Source of the DNA: an uncultured Bdellovibrionales bacterium
GTDB taxonomy: Bacteria > Patescibacteriota > Minisyncoccia > Moranbacterales > UBA1568
Direction of reading: 5' to 3'
Length of the DNA stretch: 64,000 nucleotides
Assembly: GCA_964451495.1 (NCBI GenBank)
Contig: CAYVHS010000002.1
Location: 5,932 to 69,931, forward strand
Under the pieces are notes generated by a model. It saw only the letters and a list, made by a program, of their open reading frames with translations, was not told where the DNA came from and made no database searches. Position numbers and translations under genes: made by a program. Shown here in pieces: positions 9,800-19,335 of the stretch. The number at the start of each line of letters is the position of its first letter. The stretch's first letter is position 1.

Positions 9800-10204
9800 T
9801 TACTTGAGAACGACTGTGGCACCAGCCTCTTCGAGCTTCTTCTTGAAGTTCTCGGCATCAGCCTTAGAAACCTTTTCTTTAATCGCTTTCGGAGCAGCAT
9901 CCACGAGGTCTTTGGCTTCCTTGAGTCCAAGACCGGTGATTTCACGAACAGCCTTGATGACATTGATCTTCTGGGCACCAGTAGCGGTCAACTCGACATC
10001 AAATTCAGTCTTCTCTTCCACAACAGCAGCCTCGGCTGCAGGAGCAGCTCCCATCATCATCGGAGCAGCAGCTGAAACACCAAACTTATCCTCGAGCACT
10101 TTGACGAGTTCAGAGAGGTCGAGCACGCTCATCTTCTCGATTTCAGCTACGAGCTTTTCAAATTTCGCTGGCACCACTACTACTTCTTTCGTTTCTTCTG
10201 TCAT
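9800..10204 (-). CDS. rplL: 50S ribosomal protein L7/L12
   Basis: 134 aa. The N-terminal dimerisation helix, an Ala/Pro-rich hinge ([16 protein letters not shown]) and the C-terminal domain ([24 protein letters not shown]) are all present. Confidence 0.95.
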   Translation of the reverse strand: MTEETKEVVVVPAKFEKLVAEIEKMSVLDLSELVKVLEDKFGVSAAAPMMMGAAPAAEAAVVEEKTEFDVELTATGAQKINVIKAVREITGLGLKEAKDLVDAAPKAIKEKVSKADAENFKKKLEEAGATVVLK

Positions 10205-10247
10205 ATGTGTGACGTTAAAATAAATTACTTAATAAACGACAAATGAA

Positions 10248-10772
10248 TTATGCTTTCTTTTCTTCGATTGCCTTAATTACTTGCACTAACCCGCGGAGAT
10301 TACCACCGAGGACCCGGACAAAACTTGCAATCGGAGCCTGGAGGGTGCCCACAAGGATACCACGGAGTTCCTGCTGGCTCGGAAGCTTGGCAAGGGCCTT
10401 GATGTCCTCAATAGACAATTCTTTAGCCCCCAATGCACCACCCTCAATCGAAAGCGGCACATCCCTATTGGCTTTATTGAAACTTGTCAGGACTTTAGCC
10501 GCAGCCACTTCATCACTCGAAAAGGCGACACCAATCTGACCATCAAGTTTTCTCGCGTTCATCTCGATACCAGCATCCTTGAGAGCGATGTTGAGAAGCG
10601 TCTTCTTGAGCACCTGCCAGCTCGATCCGCTTTTCGCTAATTCTCTACGAATGGCGGTCAAATCTTTCACGGTCACTCCCTTGAAATTCGCGAAGACCAA
10701 TGCCTTGGAATTCTTCGCCTTTTCAGTGACTTCTGCGACGAGCGACTCTTTCTGTTGTTTCGTCTGCTGCAT
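10248..10772 (-). CDS. rplJ: 50S ribosomal protein L10 (start taken at the internal Met MQQTKQQKESLVAEV)
   Basis: Sequence is L10-like throughout (…LVFANFKGVTVKDLTAIRRELAKSG…). The ORF continues to 10862, but the L10 alignment begins at the Met at 10772. Confidence 0.85.
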   Translation of the reverse strand: MQQTKQQKESLVAEVTEKAKNSKALVFANFKGVTVKDLTAIRRELAKSGSSWQVLKKTLLNIALKDAGIEMNARKLDGQIGVAFSSDEVAAAKVLTSFNKANRDVPLSIEGGALGAKELSIEDIKALAKLPSQQELRGILVGTLQAPIASFVRVLGGNLRGLVQVIKAIEEKKA

Positions 10773-10811
10773 AAGCGTTTTGATTAATGTACTTGAATTT
10801 GATAGTAAAAA

Positions 10812-10846
10812 TAAAAAAATCTGCGGTATGAACCGCAGATATATCA
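10812..10846 (-). promoter_or_regulatory. rplJ leader hairpin with U-run (putative L10-leader attenuator)
   Basis: Perfect 8-bp stem ATCTGCGG-TATGAA-CCGCAGAT. On the minus strand it is followed by TTTTTTTATTTTT, about 40 nt upstream of the rplJ start. Confidence 0.45.
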
Positions 10847-11055
10847 CGTCGCTCACAAACAACGATGACGAGGGAAATCCCTGAAAACAAACCTCTTGAC
10901 GCTATCTTTTCTGACCATCGTCGAGAAATCTGTTCCTCGTGAGGAGCTTAGATATCCTATGATACGCCCTTAGGCCATACATAGGCGTGTGCCTCATGTC
11001 TACGGAGTATTCTATTGTATGTCTATTGTACTGGAAAAATCGCTCTTTGTCAATC

Positions 11056-11481
11056 CTACAAAGCGGGGGCGACTTCTTCTTTCTTCTCTTCGACCTTCAC
11101 TTCTGGAGTAACAGGGGCCACATCAGCTGGAGCAGCAGCGACAACTACTGGGGCTTCTTCAGTCTTTACTTCCTCAACAGGGACTTCTTTTACGACTGGA
11201 CGAGGCATTTTCTTGGCAATTTTCTTACCCGTAACAATACCTTCGCGCACCAGCGTATTAAATACGACATCAGAAGGCTGTGCTCCTTGGCCAATCCAAT
11301 AGAGAATACGATCTTTATTCAAAATAGTAGTTTTCTTGATCGGATCGACGCTGCCCAATACTTCCACGTGACGCTTGCCCGGAGCCTTGGTATGTTCCTG
11401 CAAAACGACGCGAAAATGCGCGCGATTTTTCTTCCCTGTGCGATTGAAACGAATAGTCAACATATCAGAAATAAACAGCAT
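11056..11481 (-). CDS. rpsP: 30S ribosomal protein S16 with Ala/Pro/Val/Glu/Lys-rich C-terminal extension (true start may be the Met at 11463)
   Basis: MLTIRFNRTGKKNRAHFRVVL matches the S16 N-terminus. The C-terminal extension (PRPVVKEVPVEEVKTEE…) is low-complexity. Confidence 0.85.
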   Translation of the reverse strand: MLFISDMLTIRFNRTGKKNRAHFRVVLQEHTKAPGKRHVEVLGSVDPIKKTTILNKDRILYWIGQGAQPSDVVFNTLVREGIVTGKKIAKKMPRPVVKEVPVEEVKTEEAPVVVAAAPADVAPVTPEVKVEEKKEEVAPAL

Positions 11482-11520
11482 TTAGATACACCCTACCACC
11501 TCTTGGAGGGTACGGACTCC

Positions 11521-11549
11521 ACTATAACCCCTTTTTTTAACCCTGTCAA
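11521..11549 (-). promoter_or_regulatory. sigma70-like promoter for rpsP
   Basis: On the minus strand: TTGACA, a 17-nt spacer, then TATAGT, about 35–55 nt upstream of the rpsP start codons. Confidence 0.5.
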
Positions 11550-11576
11550 CAAGAAAAACCAAGAAAAAAATAAGGG

Positions 11577-11606
11577 CCGCGCAATCTAGTTACATTGCGC
11601 GGCACC
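11577..11606 (-). terminator. intrinsic terminator after the hypothetical gene at 11617..12090
   Basis: Perfect 10-bp stem GCCGCGCAAT-CTAGTTAC-ATTGCGCGGC, followed on the minus strand by a T-rich tract. Confidence 0.55.
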
Positions 11607-11616
11607 AGCACTGCCA

Positions 11617-12090
11617 TTATCCCAATTCTGTCAGAGCAACCAGGCTTTCCGGATCAAATTCTTTTCCACCATAACTCCCGATAAGCATGTAGGAATAATC
11701 AAAGATATTCCCTATAGGTATCGAAAAAATGTCCCGACCACAACTGGCAATTTCCAACAAATGTTCCCTACCCCGAAAAAAGAACACGTGGTCTACAAAC
11801 GGTAACGTCGCGAGTCTTTCTGCTCGCTGTTTGACTACGTACGGCAAAACATTATCCGTGGCGATGTCCACCAGAACCCCGACCCACAAGGATGGCTCGT
11901 CATAGGAACGAATCCACGTTGCCTGATTTGGGAAAAATGCCTTGCCGATACTCGGGTTATCGAAAACGCCGGACACTAGTCGAGCTCGCCTGTTGTAGGC
12001 TCGATACAGCCCCAGAAGCGCCACCAAAATATTCTCCGGAATTATTTTTGGACTACAAAAACCGTCACCAATTCCTTGGCTGTCCACCAT
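11617..12090 (-). CDS. hypothetical protein (157 aa), no recognisable family
   Basis: Clean ORF with its own terminator; no motifs recognised. Confidence 0.4.
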   Translation of the reverse strand: MVDSQGIGDGFCSPKIIPENILVALLGLYRAYNRRARLVSGVFDNPSIGKAFFPNQATWIRSYDEPSLWVGVLVDIATDNVLPYVVKQRAERLATLPFVDHVFFFRGREHLLEIASCGRDIFSIPIGNIFDYSYMLIGSYGGKEFDPESLVALTELG

Positions 12091-12234
12091 GATTTACCCC
12101 CTTTCGAAACATTAAAGTACGAATTCGCATCATACAAATAACGGTACTCTTTGTCAAGAGCGCTTTGAAAATACGCCCTTTACCCTCCCTCTGGCCTATC
12201 TGCCCCCAGGGAACTCGCAGACATGCATCCCCTG

Positions 12235-14547
12235 TTATTTTTCTTTGATCACCTCTCCTCCTTGACCTACCTGGTCGAGACGGACAGAAAGCAGCTGAGA
12301 AACACCATCATCGCCCATCGTGACGCCATAGAGGAGTCCAGCCTGCGACATCGTCTCACGATTATGTGTGATAGCGACGAACTGCGTATGATTGGAAAGT
12401 TCACGAAGCATCTTTGAAAATCTACGAGAGTTTGCCTCATCAAGTGCTGCCTCTACTTCATCAAGCACCGCAAAGGGTGGCGGGTTATGCGAAATAATAG
12501 CAAACAAAAGTGCCAATGATGTAAGAGATCGTTCTCCGCCCGACAACATGGAAAGGTTGGTGATCTTTTTTCCCGGCGGGCAAGCAAAAATCTCAATACC
12601 GATCTCGGTTGGTTCATTTTCCTTTTCCTCTTCTGATTCACCTGCTGAGATTTCTCCTTCCGCACTGTCTTCCAGCTGCCGAGTACGCTTTCGAATTTTC
12701 ACAATTTGCAGCTCCGCTTTGCCTCCACCAAAAATGATCTTGAAGTATTCTTCGAATTTTCTACAGATTTCCTTGAAGGCATCCTGAAACGCATGATTGA
12801 TTTTCTGATCCATCTCTTGTATGACGGTCTGAAGCGATTCGATGGCAGCCTTGAGATCAGCTGATTCGTGGGTCAGAAAAGTAAAACGTTTTTCTGTTTC
12901 TTGGAATTCTTCTACAATAAGCGGGTCAATCGTTCCGATATGCTCAACTTCTACCTTAAGCCGGGCAATCTCTCGTTCGAGTCGTTCACGCTCAACGGAT
13001 GTGCCATCATACTTCAGATCATGTACGCTCAGCGCAAGTTCCTCGCGTACGAGGGACACGAGATCTTCCTCGCGCACTTCGACCCGTGCCAAGCGGACTT
13101 TCACCTCGTTTAATTGGTCTTTCAATTGGGTCAAAAGTCGTTCTTTTTCTCGCCACTCTTTTTCTTTAGCAAAAAATGTTTCCCTACTCTGGCGACTCGC
13201 TTCACGTAGAGCAGAGAGTGATTGTTCTTGTTCGGTCAGTGATTTTTGTAAAATTTCCAGTGTCTTATTGAGACTCTCTTTATCCCGACTCAGCACTGCC
13301 AAACGCTCATCACTCGCCCGCTTCTCGTCGTCAGGAAGAGCTATAATCCTCTTTTCTTGCACACTACCCCGTCCCGCCTTCTCATCAAGATCATAGAGCT
13401 TCTGTTTGATGACCTGGGCAAACTCACGAATATCCTGAAGATCTTCCAATTTTTCTACGTGCACGATACGTTCGATGAGTTCTTGCTGATGACCGCGGAT
13501 TTCTTCGAGAGCTTTGCGGACATAATTTAGGTCAACTGGAATAACTCGGATTACCTCTTGCTCTTTCTGCTTCTCTTTTTCAATCTCGATCTTACCATCA
13601 ATAATACTCCGATCGCGCAGATGGATATTCGCCTCATCACGAAGCGTACCGAGTGTACGCGCGATTTCTTCTTCTCGGCTCTGATCATCCATCGACTTGG
13701 CTACTTCAGCCACTTCACGCTCTAACGTATTAGTCTCTACCTCCAAGTCAAACACCCGCTTCTGTACCACATCACGTTCCTTGGCCAATGTCCCACGCTC
13801 ACCCTGAAAATTATCCCACAAAAAACTGTAGAGGAGCACTTGTTTATCCCGGAGCTTCGCTGCAATATCTTTGCCTTGCGACGCCTTTTCCGCCTGACGA
13901 CGAAGGTTCTTTAGATGTGGTTCAATCTCGATGGTCAGCACATCGACACGAGCGAGATTTTCTCGAGTACTATCGAGTTTGCGCAGCGCACGTTCTTTCT
14001 CGATCTGATACTGCTTCACGCCGGCAGCATCTTCGAAAATAGATCGCCGTTCCACCGGCGATGCATTCAGCGTCGCGTCACTCATCCCCTGCGTGATGAC
14101 GCAGTAGCTGTCTTTGCCGATACCAGCTTTGGCCAAAAGATCAACGATATCCATGAGTCGAACCTGTGATCCGTTGATGAGAAATTCGCTCTCCCCGCTC
14201 CGATAAATCTTTCGTGTAATAGAGACTTCGGCAAACTCGATCGGAATACGCTTGTCAGAATTATCGAAATACATAGTCACTGATGCGACACCGAGACGAG
14301 CTTTCTTATCCGTGCCAGCAAAAATCACGTCTTCTGATTTCTTGCCACGCAAATTCTTGAGTGATTGTTCGCCAATAGCCCAGCGTATGGCATCTGCCAC
14401 GTTGGACTTACCAGAACCGTTTGGTCCGACGATGGCTGTGATACCGCATTTCCCACCAGAAACTATGTCGCATTCAGGCAAAAAATCCAGCGCCATCTTG
14501 TTGGCGAAGGATTTGAATCCGCTGATTTCGAGTTTTTTGAGATACAT
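12235..14547 (-). CDS. smc: SMC-family ATPase, unusually short (770 aa) with no recognisable hinge domain
   Basis: N-terminal head FKSFANK…ITAIVGPNGSGKSNVADAIRWAIGEQSLKNLRG (Walker A). C-terminal head LSGGERSLTSLALLFAI…FAVLDEVEAALDEANSRRF (signature motif and Walker B). About 430 aa of coiled-coil-like Glu/Lys/Arg/Leu-rich sequence lie between them. Confidence 0.7.
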   Translation of the reverse strand: MYLKKLEISGFKSFANKMALDFLPECDIVSGGKCGITAIVGPNGSGKSNVADAIRWAIGEQSLKNLRGKKSEDVIFAGTDKKARLGVASVTMYFDNSDKRIPIEFAEVSITRKIYRSGESEFLINGSQVRLMDIVDLLAKAGIGKDSYCVITQGMSDATLNASPVERRSIFEDAAGVKQYQIEKERALRKLDSTRENLARVDVLTIEIEPHLKNLRRQAEKASQGKDIAAKLRDKQVLLYSFLWDNFQGERGTLAKERDVVQKRVFDLEVETNTLEREVAEVAKSMDDQSREEEIARTLGTLRDEANIHLRDRSIIDGKIEIEKEKQKEQEVIRVIPVDLNYVRKALEEIRGHQQELIERIVHVEKLEDLQDIREFAQVIKQKLYDLDEKAGRGSVQEKRIIALPDDEKRASDERLAVLSRDKESLNKTLEILQKSLTEQEQSLSALREASRQSRETFFAKEKEWREKERLLTQLKDQLNEVKVRLARVEVREEDLVSLVREELALSVHDLKYDGTSVERERLEREIARLKVEVEHIGTIDPLIVEEFQETEKRFTFLTHESADLKAAIESLQTVIQEMDQKINHAFQDAFKEICRKFEEYFKIIFGGGKAELQIVKIRKRTRQLEDSAEGEISAGESEEEKENEPTEIGIEIFACPPGKKITNLSMLSGGERSLTSLALLFAIISHNPPPFAVLDEVEAALDEANSRRFSKMLRELSNHTQFVAITHNRETMSQAGLLYGVTMGDDGVSQLLSVRLDQVGQGGEVIKEK

Positions 14548-14772
14548 CTTCTAAAATTTCAAAATCCAAATGAAAAATTTCATATTATAACCCAAGTATC
14601 AAAAACCAAAAAATAACTCTTAATTTTAGAATTTGGAATGTGAACTGGGACATTTGTTTCAAGTATACCCCATTCTGAGCCAAAAGAAAAAGAGGCTATG
14701 TATTCACACAACCTCCCGTAAAAAACAACAAGAAATGCTCGGCGCCCAGAGTGATCACCTCTTCGGGTAACC

Positions 14773-15456
14773 CTAATTCTTCACGGCGCCGCTAGCATGA
14801 TGCGGGACAGCAAAGGGACTCGAATAAACACCGCCAAGCTGACTCATCACTGTCTCATACAGTCCTTCACTCATCTTGCGATATGTTTCGACGGTCTCAC
14901 TGTGATCAAAGGAGATGAGTCGTATCTCCTCATCAGTGAAAGCACCGTATGCTATCGCATAACCCAAAGCTTGAGGGGAACGAGAACAATCAACGTCATT
15001 GTGTGGAGAACGACGATGCCACTCAAATATCTCCTTTCCGTTCCGACATATGGCCTCATGCACGGCCTCGGCGATAGCGTTGTGTTCGATATAGTTGTAC
15101 TGGATAATCCATTGGATTAATACAGCATCCTGCTTATCACCAAATACATTCTGTGTATCGCCTATGAGTACCGCCCTTTCCCCATACAGCCTTAAGCTCG
15201 TCCGAATATGAACAAGCATTGACTCCTTAAGTGCAGACCCAGACGACTTAGTGCTTTGTTTTACGTGCCCCTTCTTCCAAAGCCATTCGCAGAGTAATCC
15301 GACTACACTACCAGTGAGTCCTATGACAATCAACACAGACCACCGAGTACTCAAAAGACTGTCGGGAGATGGATACTTACTCCCAATAATGCGTGCCACT
15401 ACCAGCCCCAGAGCGATGACACAAAGAATACCCCATATTCGACCTATCTTATTCAT
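14773..15456 (-). CDS. hypothetical membrane-anchored protein (two N-terminal TM helices)
   Basis: 227 aa; TM segments at the N-terminus. No family recognised. Confidence 0.4.
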   Translation of the reverse strand: MNKIGRIWGILCVIALGLVVARIIGSKYPSPDSLLSTRWSVLIVIGLTGSVVGLLCEWLWKKGHVKQSTKSSGSALKESMLVHIRTSLRLYGERAVLIGDTQNVFGDKQDAVLIQWIIQYNYIEHNAIAEAVHEAICRNGKEIFEWHRRSPHNDVDCSRSPQALGYAIAYGAFTDEEIRLISFDHSETVETYRKMSEGLYETVMSQLGGVYSSPFAVPHHASGAVKN

Positions 15457-15584
15457 TTCCTATTCCTCCAGATTGTTAAAGAAAACACCAGCAGTATAGG
15501 ATAACGATCAAGATCTTGTCAAAAGAAAAAGGTGCGCCAAAGCATGAGCGCACCCCTGTCCAGTATTCTGGCACCTATTCACTT

Positions 15585-15719
15585 CCCCACCCTTTTCGAC
15601 TTATTTTGCCACTCCTCCCAGAGATCACATACAAATGGGACCAAAAACGTCGCAACAAGCAACGCTCCAATGACAATCTTGACAGCGATATCCGCAAAAC
15701 CTCTTTCAGCATCCATTTC
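15585..15719 (-). CDS. possible small (44 aa) membrane protein, below the ORF-track cutoff
   Basis: ATG preceded by a strong Shine-Dalgarno (AAGGAGAG, 5-nt spacing). Product MDAERGFADIAVKIVIGALLVATFLVPFVCDLWEEWQNKSKRVG has one clear TM helix. Confidence 0.3.
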
Positions 15720-15771
15720 ACTCTCCTTGCAAGGTATAAGAATTTTCAAAAAGAACCTGCGTCACATGACT

Positions 15772-16467
15772 CTACCACCCTTTTTTGAGCAACCCCTTCT
15801 TCGCGGCTTCACGCTGAGCCTCTTGTTTAGATGCTCCCTCCCCCTCTGCGACCAATTCATCACCGAGATACACTCCTGCAATAAAATGACGGTCATGATC
15901 TGGTCCCCATTCCCTAAGCACACGATAGCTCGGTGTGATACCCACTTTATCCTGTGAAAACTCTTGGAAAAGGCTCTTGGGGTCTGTATGGAGTCCCTGC
16001 TCGAGCACTTCTTGCAGATGACTCATGACATTTTTTTGTATAAAAGCTTCCGCTGCATCATATCCTTGATCGAGATAAAGCGCCCCGATGATTGCCTCGA
16101 CAGCATTGGCTACGAGGTATCCACGAGCACGCCCTGTATCCTTGGCCTCTCCTCGACTCATGAGCAAAAAATCCTGGATACCCAAGCTCTGCCCAATAAC
16201 GCCGAGCATATCGCCGTTCACCAACGCGGCGCGAAAACTCGTCAGGTCGCCCTCTGGATTTTCAAAGGTATTGAAAAGATGTTTTGTTACAGCGAGTTCA
16301 AGCACTGCATCTCCCAAAAACTCGAGGCGTTCATTGTGTGGATGCCCGTACTCCTTGTGCTCATTAAGATAGGACCGATGCGTCAGTGCTTCCTGAAACA
16401 AATCAGCATTCCTGATCTCAATCCCGAGCTTTTCCTTCAATTGTGCTACATCCACCGTGCCTTCCAT
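15772..16467 (-). CDS. rnc: ribonuclease III (start taken at MEGTVDVAQLK; the longer ORF to 16611 overlaps nusB)
   Basis: RNase III signature ERLEFLGDAVLELAV, catalytic-domain layout and a C-terminal dsRBD with a KK-rich tail. Confidence 0.85.
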   Translation of the reverse strand: MEGTVDVAQLKEKLGIEIRNADLFQEALTHRSYLNEHKEYGHPHNERLEFLGDAVLELAVTKHLFNTFENPEGDLTSFRAALVNGDMLGVIGQSLGIQDFLLMSRGEAKDTGRARGYLVANAVEAIIGALYLDQGYDAAEAFIQKNVMSHLQEVLEQGLHTDPKSLFQEFSQDKVGITPSYRVLREWGPDHDRHFIAGVYLGDELVAEGEGASKQEAQREAAKKGLLKKGW

Positions 16468-16507
16468 AGAATCATTTTTATACAAAAAAGCGCTCTTCCG
16501 CGCTCTT

Positions 16508-17044
16508 TTATGTTGTCTTCTTGGGGGAAACTTTCGTGATTTTTTTCTCTTTTTCTGCTTTTTCTTTCTGTTCCTGCTTCTCGAGATTACGCGTATGATT
16601 CTCTGATACATCGTCTTTCATAGGCTCCCCCATTTCGCGGTAAATCGTTCCCAGTACACCGTTTACAAATCGTGGACTCGCGTCACTACCGAACGTCTTG
16701 GCTAATTCAATAGCCTCATTGATAGCTACTTTTGGTGGCACTTCATCATAATCCCCAAACATGAGTTCATAAATGCCCAATCGCAAAACATTACGATCCA
16801 CGACGGTCACTTGTTCTAGCGGCCACTCAGGAGCACATTTTTCAATCAATGTGTCGATTGTTTTTCGTTCACGCAAAGTCCCCTCCATCAGATGTTCGGC
16901 AAATATCGAGTCTTCCAGTCCAGGAGCGAATTCGGTGATATTTCGTTTCAGAACATCGCGAGATTCATCATCTTTCTGGCCACGAAAATCCCACTCGAAG
17001 AGTGACTGCATTGCTACTGATCTTTGAAGATGCCTGTTTGCCAT
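16508..17044 (-). CDS. nusB: transcription antitermination factor NusB (with Lys/Glu-rich C-terminal tail)
   Basis: …[49 protein letters not shown]… is a canonical NusB core. Confidence 0.85.
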   Translation of the reverse strand: MANRHLQRSVAMQSLFEWDFRGQKDDESRDVLKRNITEFAPGLEDSIFAEHLMEGTLRERKTIDTLIEKCAPEWPLEQVTVVDRNVLRLGIYELMFGDYDEVPPKVAINEAIELAKTFGSDASPRFVNGVLGTIYREMGEPMKDDVSENHTRNLEKQEQKEKAEKEKKITKVSPKKTT

Positions 17045-17113
17045 TTTGTTTTGAGCCCAAAGAACGTCTGTTCACGAGTTCTCCCTGTGGTAGAAATAGC
17101 GTGAATAGAGGAT

Positions 17114-17323
17114 TTATTTAGCTACCTTTTTCTCAGTTTTGAGCTTGGGGGCAGTATTTTTCATTTCTTTCCCTTTGTAGGTACCACATTCAGGACAAGC
17201 ATGGTGAGCCAGTACACGCGCTTTGCATTTCGGGCAAGCTTGGGTGTTTACAAGTGTTAATTCGAGCTCTTTGCGGGCGCGATCACGGCGCTGACGGGTA
17301 TGTCTTTGCTTAGGCAATGCCAT
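17114..17323 (-). CDS. rpmF: 50S ribosomal protein L32
   Basis: 69 aa. MALPKQRHTRQRRDRAR is followed by the zinc-ribbon CPKC…CPEC. Confidence 0.85.
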   Translation of the reverse strand: MALPKQRHTRQRRDRARKELELTLVNTQACPKCKARVLAHHACPECGTYKGKEMKNTAPKLKTEKKVAK

Positions 17324-17539
17324 AACAGTAAAAAATCACGGAAATTAATATCGAGTACACGATAACATCATTTTGTCCCCTTGGCAAGAGGAAACAAAAA
17401 AACACATAGCTCAAAGCCCAAAATCCAAACGAAGCCCAAAATCCAATTTCCAAAGCAGAAATCCTATTTTATACTGTTTGGATTTCATATTTATAAAGTT
17501 GTGTTTTGTCTGGTTTTTGTATTTTGAAAATTGTGCTGC

Positions 17540-18247
17540 TTATCCTTTTTTCGGCTTCAGAATATTCGCGAAACGCTTATTTACGTTTTCAGGAAGTGCG
17601 AGCTGGACCGGACGGAATGACTTTCGATGAATAGGACACGGTCCCTTGTGGCGCAGGGCATCCATATGCACTTTTGTCCCATAGCCTTTATGCTCGACAA
17701 ATCCATATCCGGGATATTCCTTTTCATACTCCACCATCATCCGGTCACGTATCACTTTGGCAATAATTGAAGCGGCGGCGATAGACTTCACACTGCCATC
17801 CCCGCCGATAATAGGCTCCTCCAGATGCGAGCAATTGGGAATCTCCTGGTTGCCATCAATGAGTAAATAACATTGCGTGGCTGCTTCTCTCGGCAATTTC
17901 TTGAGTAACTGCGAGAGAGCAGATTTCATCGCGAGAAATGTCGCCTCGAGAATATTTATCCGATCAATCGTTTCGGGAGAAACAATTCCAATACCAGTCT
18001 CGAAATATTCCGAGATAATATCGAATATTTTCTCTCGCTGTTTTTCTGAGAGCTTCTTCGAATCACGAATCAGAGCAAACTCCTTTTCTAGCGTTGCGGG
18101 AATAGTGAACTTCGGGTCCTTGTACCAGACCGCTGCCGCCACTACCGGCCCCGCGAGCGGCCCCCGGCCTACTTCGTCGATACCGATAATAAAGCGATGC
18201 CCCAAAAGCATCCGCTCCTTTTCTTTTTCAAATGTCGTGGTTTGCAT
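17540..18247 (-). CDS. rnhB: ribonuclease HII (start approximate; an upstream Met at 18307 is also possible)
   Basis: FIIGIDEVGRGPLAGPVVAAAV is the RNase HII catalytic motif; length is about 235 aa. Confidence 0.85.
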   Translation of the reverse strand: MQTTTFEKEKERMLLGHRFIIGIDEVGRGPLAGPVVAAAVWYKDPKFTIPATLEKEFALIRDSKKLSEKQREKIFDIISEYFETGIGIVSPETIDRINILEATFLAMKSALSQLLKKLPREAATQCYLLIDGNQEIPNCSHLEEPIIGGDGSVKSIAAASIIAKVIRDRMMVEYEKEYPGYGFVEHKGYGTKVHMDALRHKGPCPIHRKSFRPVQLALPENVNKRFANILKPKKG

Positions 18248-18454
18248 ACCCGGTAGTGAAACTTTGAACAAGTGATTAAAAACGTCACCCAGTTTGTAGA
18301 AAGACACTCTGCAAATGAATCTTCAAAGTTCTACTACCGAGCATATTTTCAGTATACACGAGGATAGCAAAATTGACTTTTTAGCCTCATTTGACATAAT
18401 AACGTGTATTCTTTAACAACTTCCATCAACCTACCCACTCAAAGGAGACCTAGC

Positions 18455-19165
18455 ATGTGTATCCGCACAGCAATCCTCAACGCGCTCTTCCTGCCAACTT
18501 CATTTTGGAGAGCTGATCGCAGTTATCCCTATCTGACTGATTACATTTGTGCTCTAGCCTTCGGCCGGAATACTTTTCCCAACAAAGATATTGGTACAGT
18601 GTACGCATTGCACAGGGCATACAGCACTAACATCGCCATGTTCCGATATCTCGATTCAAGAAATTTCGACCCCGGCCATCCAAATACACTGCTCGCACAA
18701 CGGTGCATAAGACTGGTTGAGAATGACTATACATGCATCGATATAGTCGGTTCAGGAAAAAACTTTATCATCGCGCGGCCCATCATCGGATCATGGGAAA
18801 TACTCTTTGCCATGTACCGAGAGCGACCTGATTGGTATCAAAAGTATCAAAAATTCCTCTTCCCTATCTGGCCTATAAATGAGAGAAATCCTACCACCCG
18901 AGATGCACTGGAAATCACAAAAAAAATTGCCAATCAATATAAAGTACACAGTCCGCTTATCATCGCGCACCCCGAACATGTCCAACGCTGCTTCTTCGTT
19001 GCTCGGAAAATATACGGGAAATCCATTGCTATCGACCATGACTGGAATACAGGTCAGGAATGGTTTGACAAGCAATCTGTCCAGCCACGGACACGGACGC
19101 CAAAAGCTTGGTTCATTTATGAGCTGTGTGCTCGCATCCATCATCGTCTCCGCGGCTGGATGTGA
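18455..19165 (+). CDS. hypothetical protein (possibly DUF218/YdcF-like); start set at the Met preceded by an AAGGAGA Shine-Dalgarno
   Basis: Lone plus-strand gene in a minus-strand region. The SD AAGGAGA lies 7 nt before the ATG at 18455. No confident family match. Confidence 0.45.
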   Translation: MCIRTAILNALFLPTSFWRADRSYPYLTDYICALAFGRNTFPNKDIGTVYALHRAYSTNIAMFRYLDSRNFDPGHPNTLLAQRCIRLVENDYTCIDIVGSGKNFIIARPIIGSWEILFAMYRERPDWYQKYQKFLFPIWPINERNPTTRDALEITKKIANQYKVHSPLIIAHPEHVQRCFFVARKIYGKSIAIDHDWNTGQEWFDKQSVQPRTRTPKAWFIYELCARIHHRLRGWM

Positions 19166-19189
19166 ATCATACCACCTCTTCACCCATCT

Positions 19190-19230
19190 TCCCCGCTCGC
19201 GCACTGCGCCACAGCGGGATTTTTTTTATT
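19190..19230 (+). terminator. intrinsic terminator after 18455..19165
   Basis: CCCGCTCGCGCACTGCGCCACAGCGGG stem followed by ATTTTTTTTATT. Confidence 0.55.
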
Positions 19231-19335
19231 ACCAAACCCGACATACGGAGAGAAAAGAAAAAAAGACCCTGAAAACTACGGTATAGTTCCAGGGGTCTGA
19301 TGTCGAATAGACTAAAGATTGAAAACTTCACGAGG

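Noticed and set aside
12842-13396. 184-aa Ser/Arg-rich plus-strand ORF antisense to smc
   Set aside because: It is the mirror image of the Glu/Lys/Leu-rich coiled-coil codons of smc, not an independent gene.
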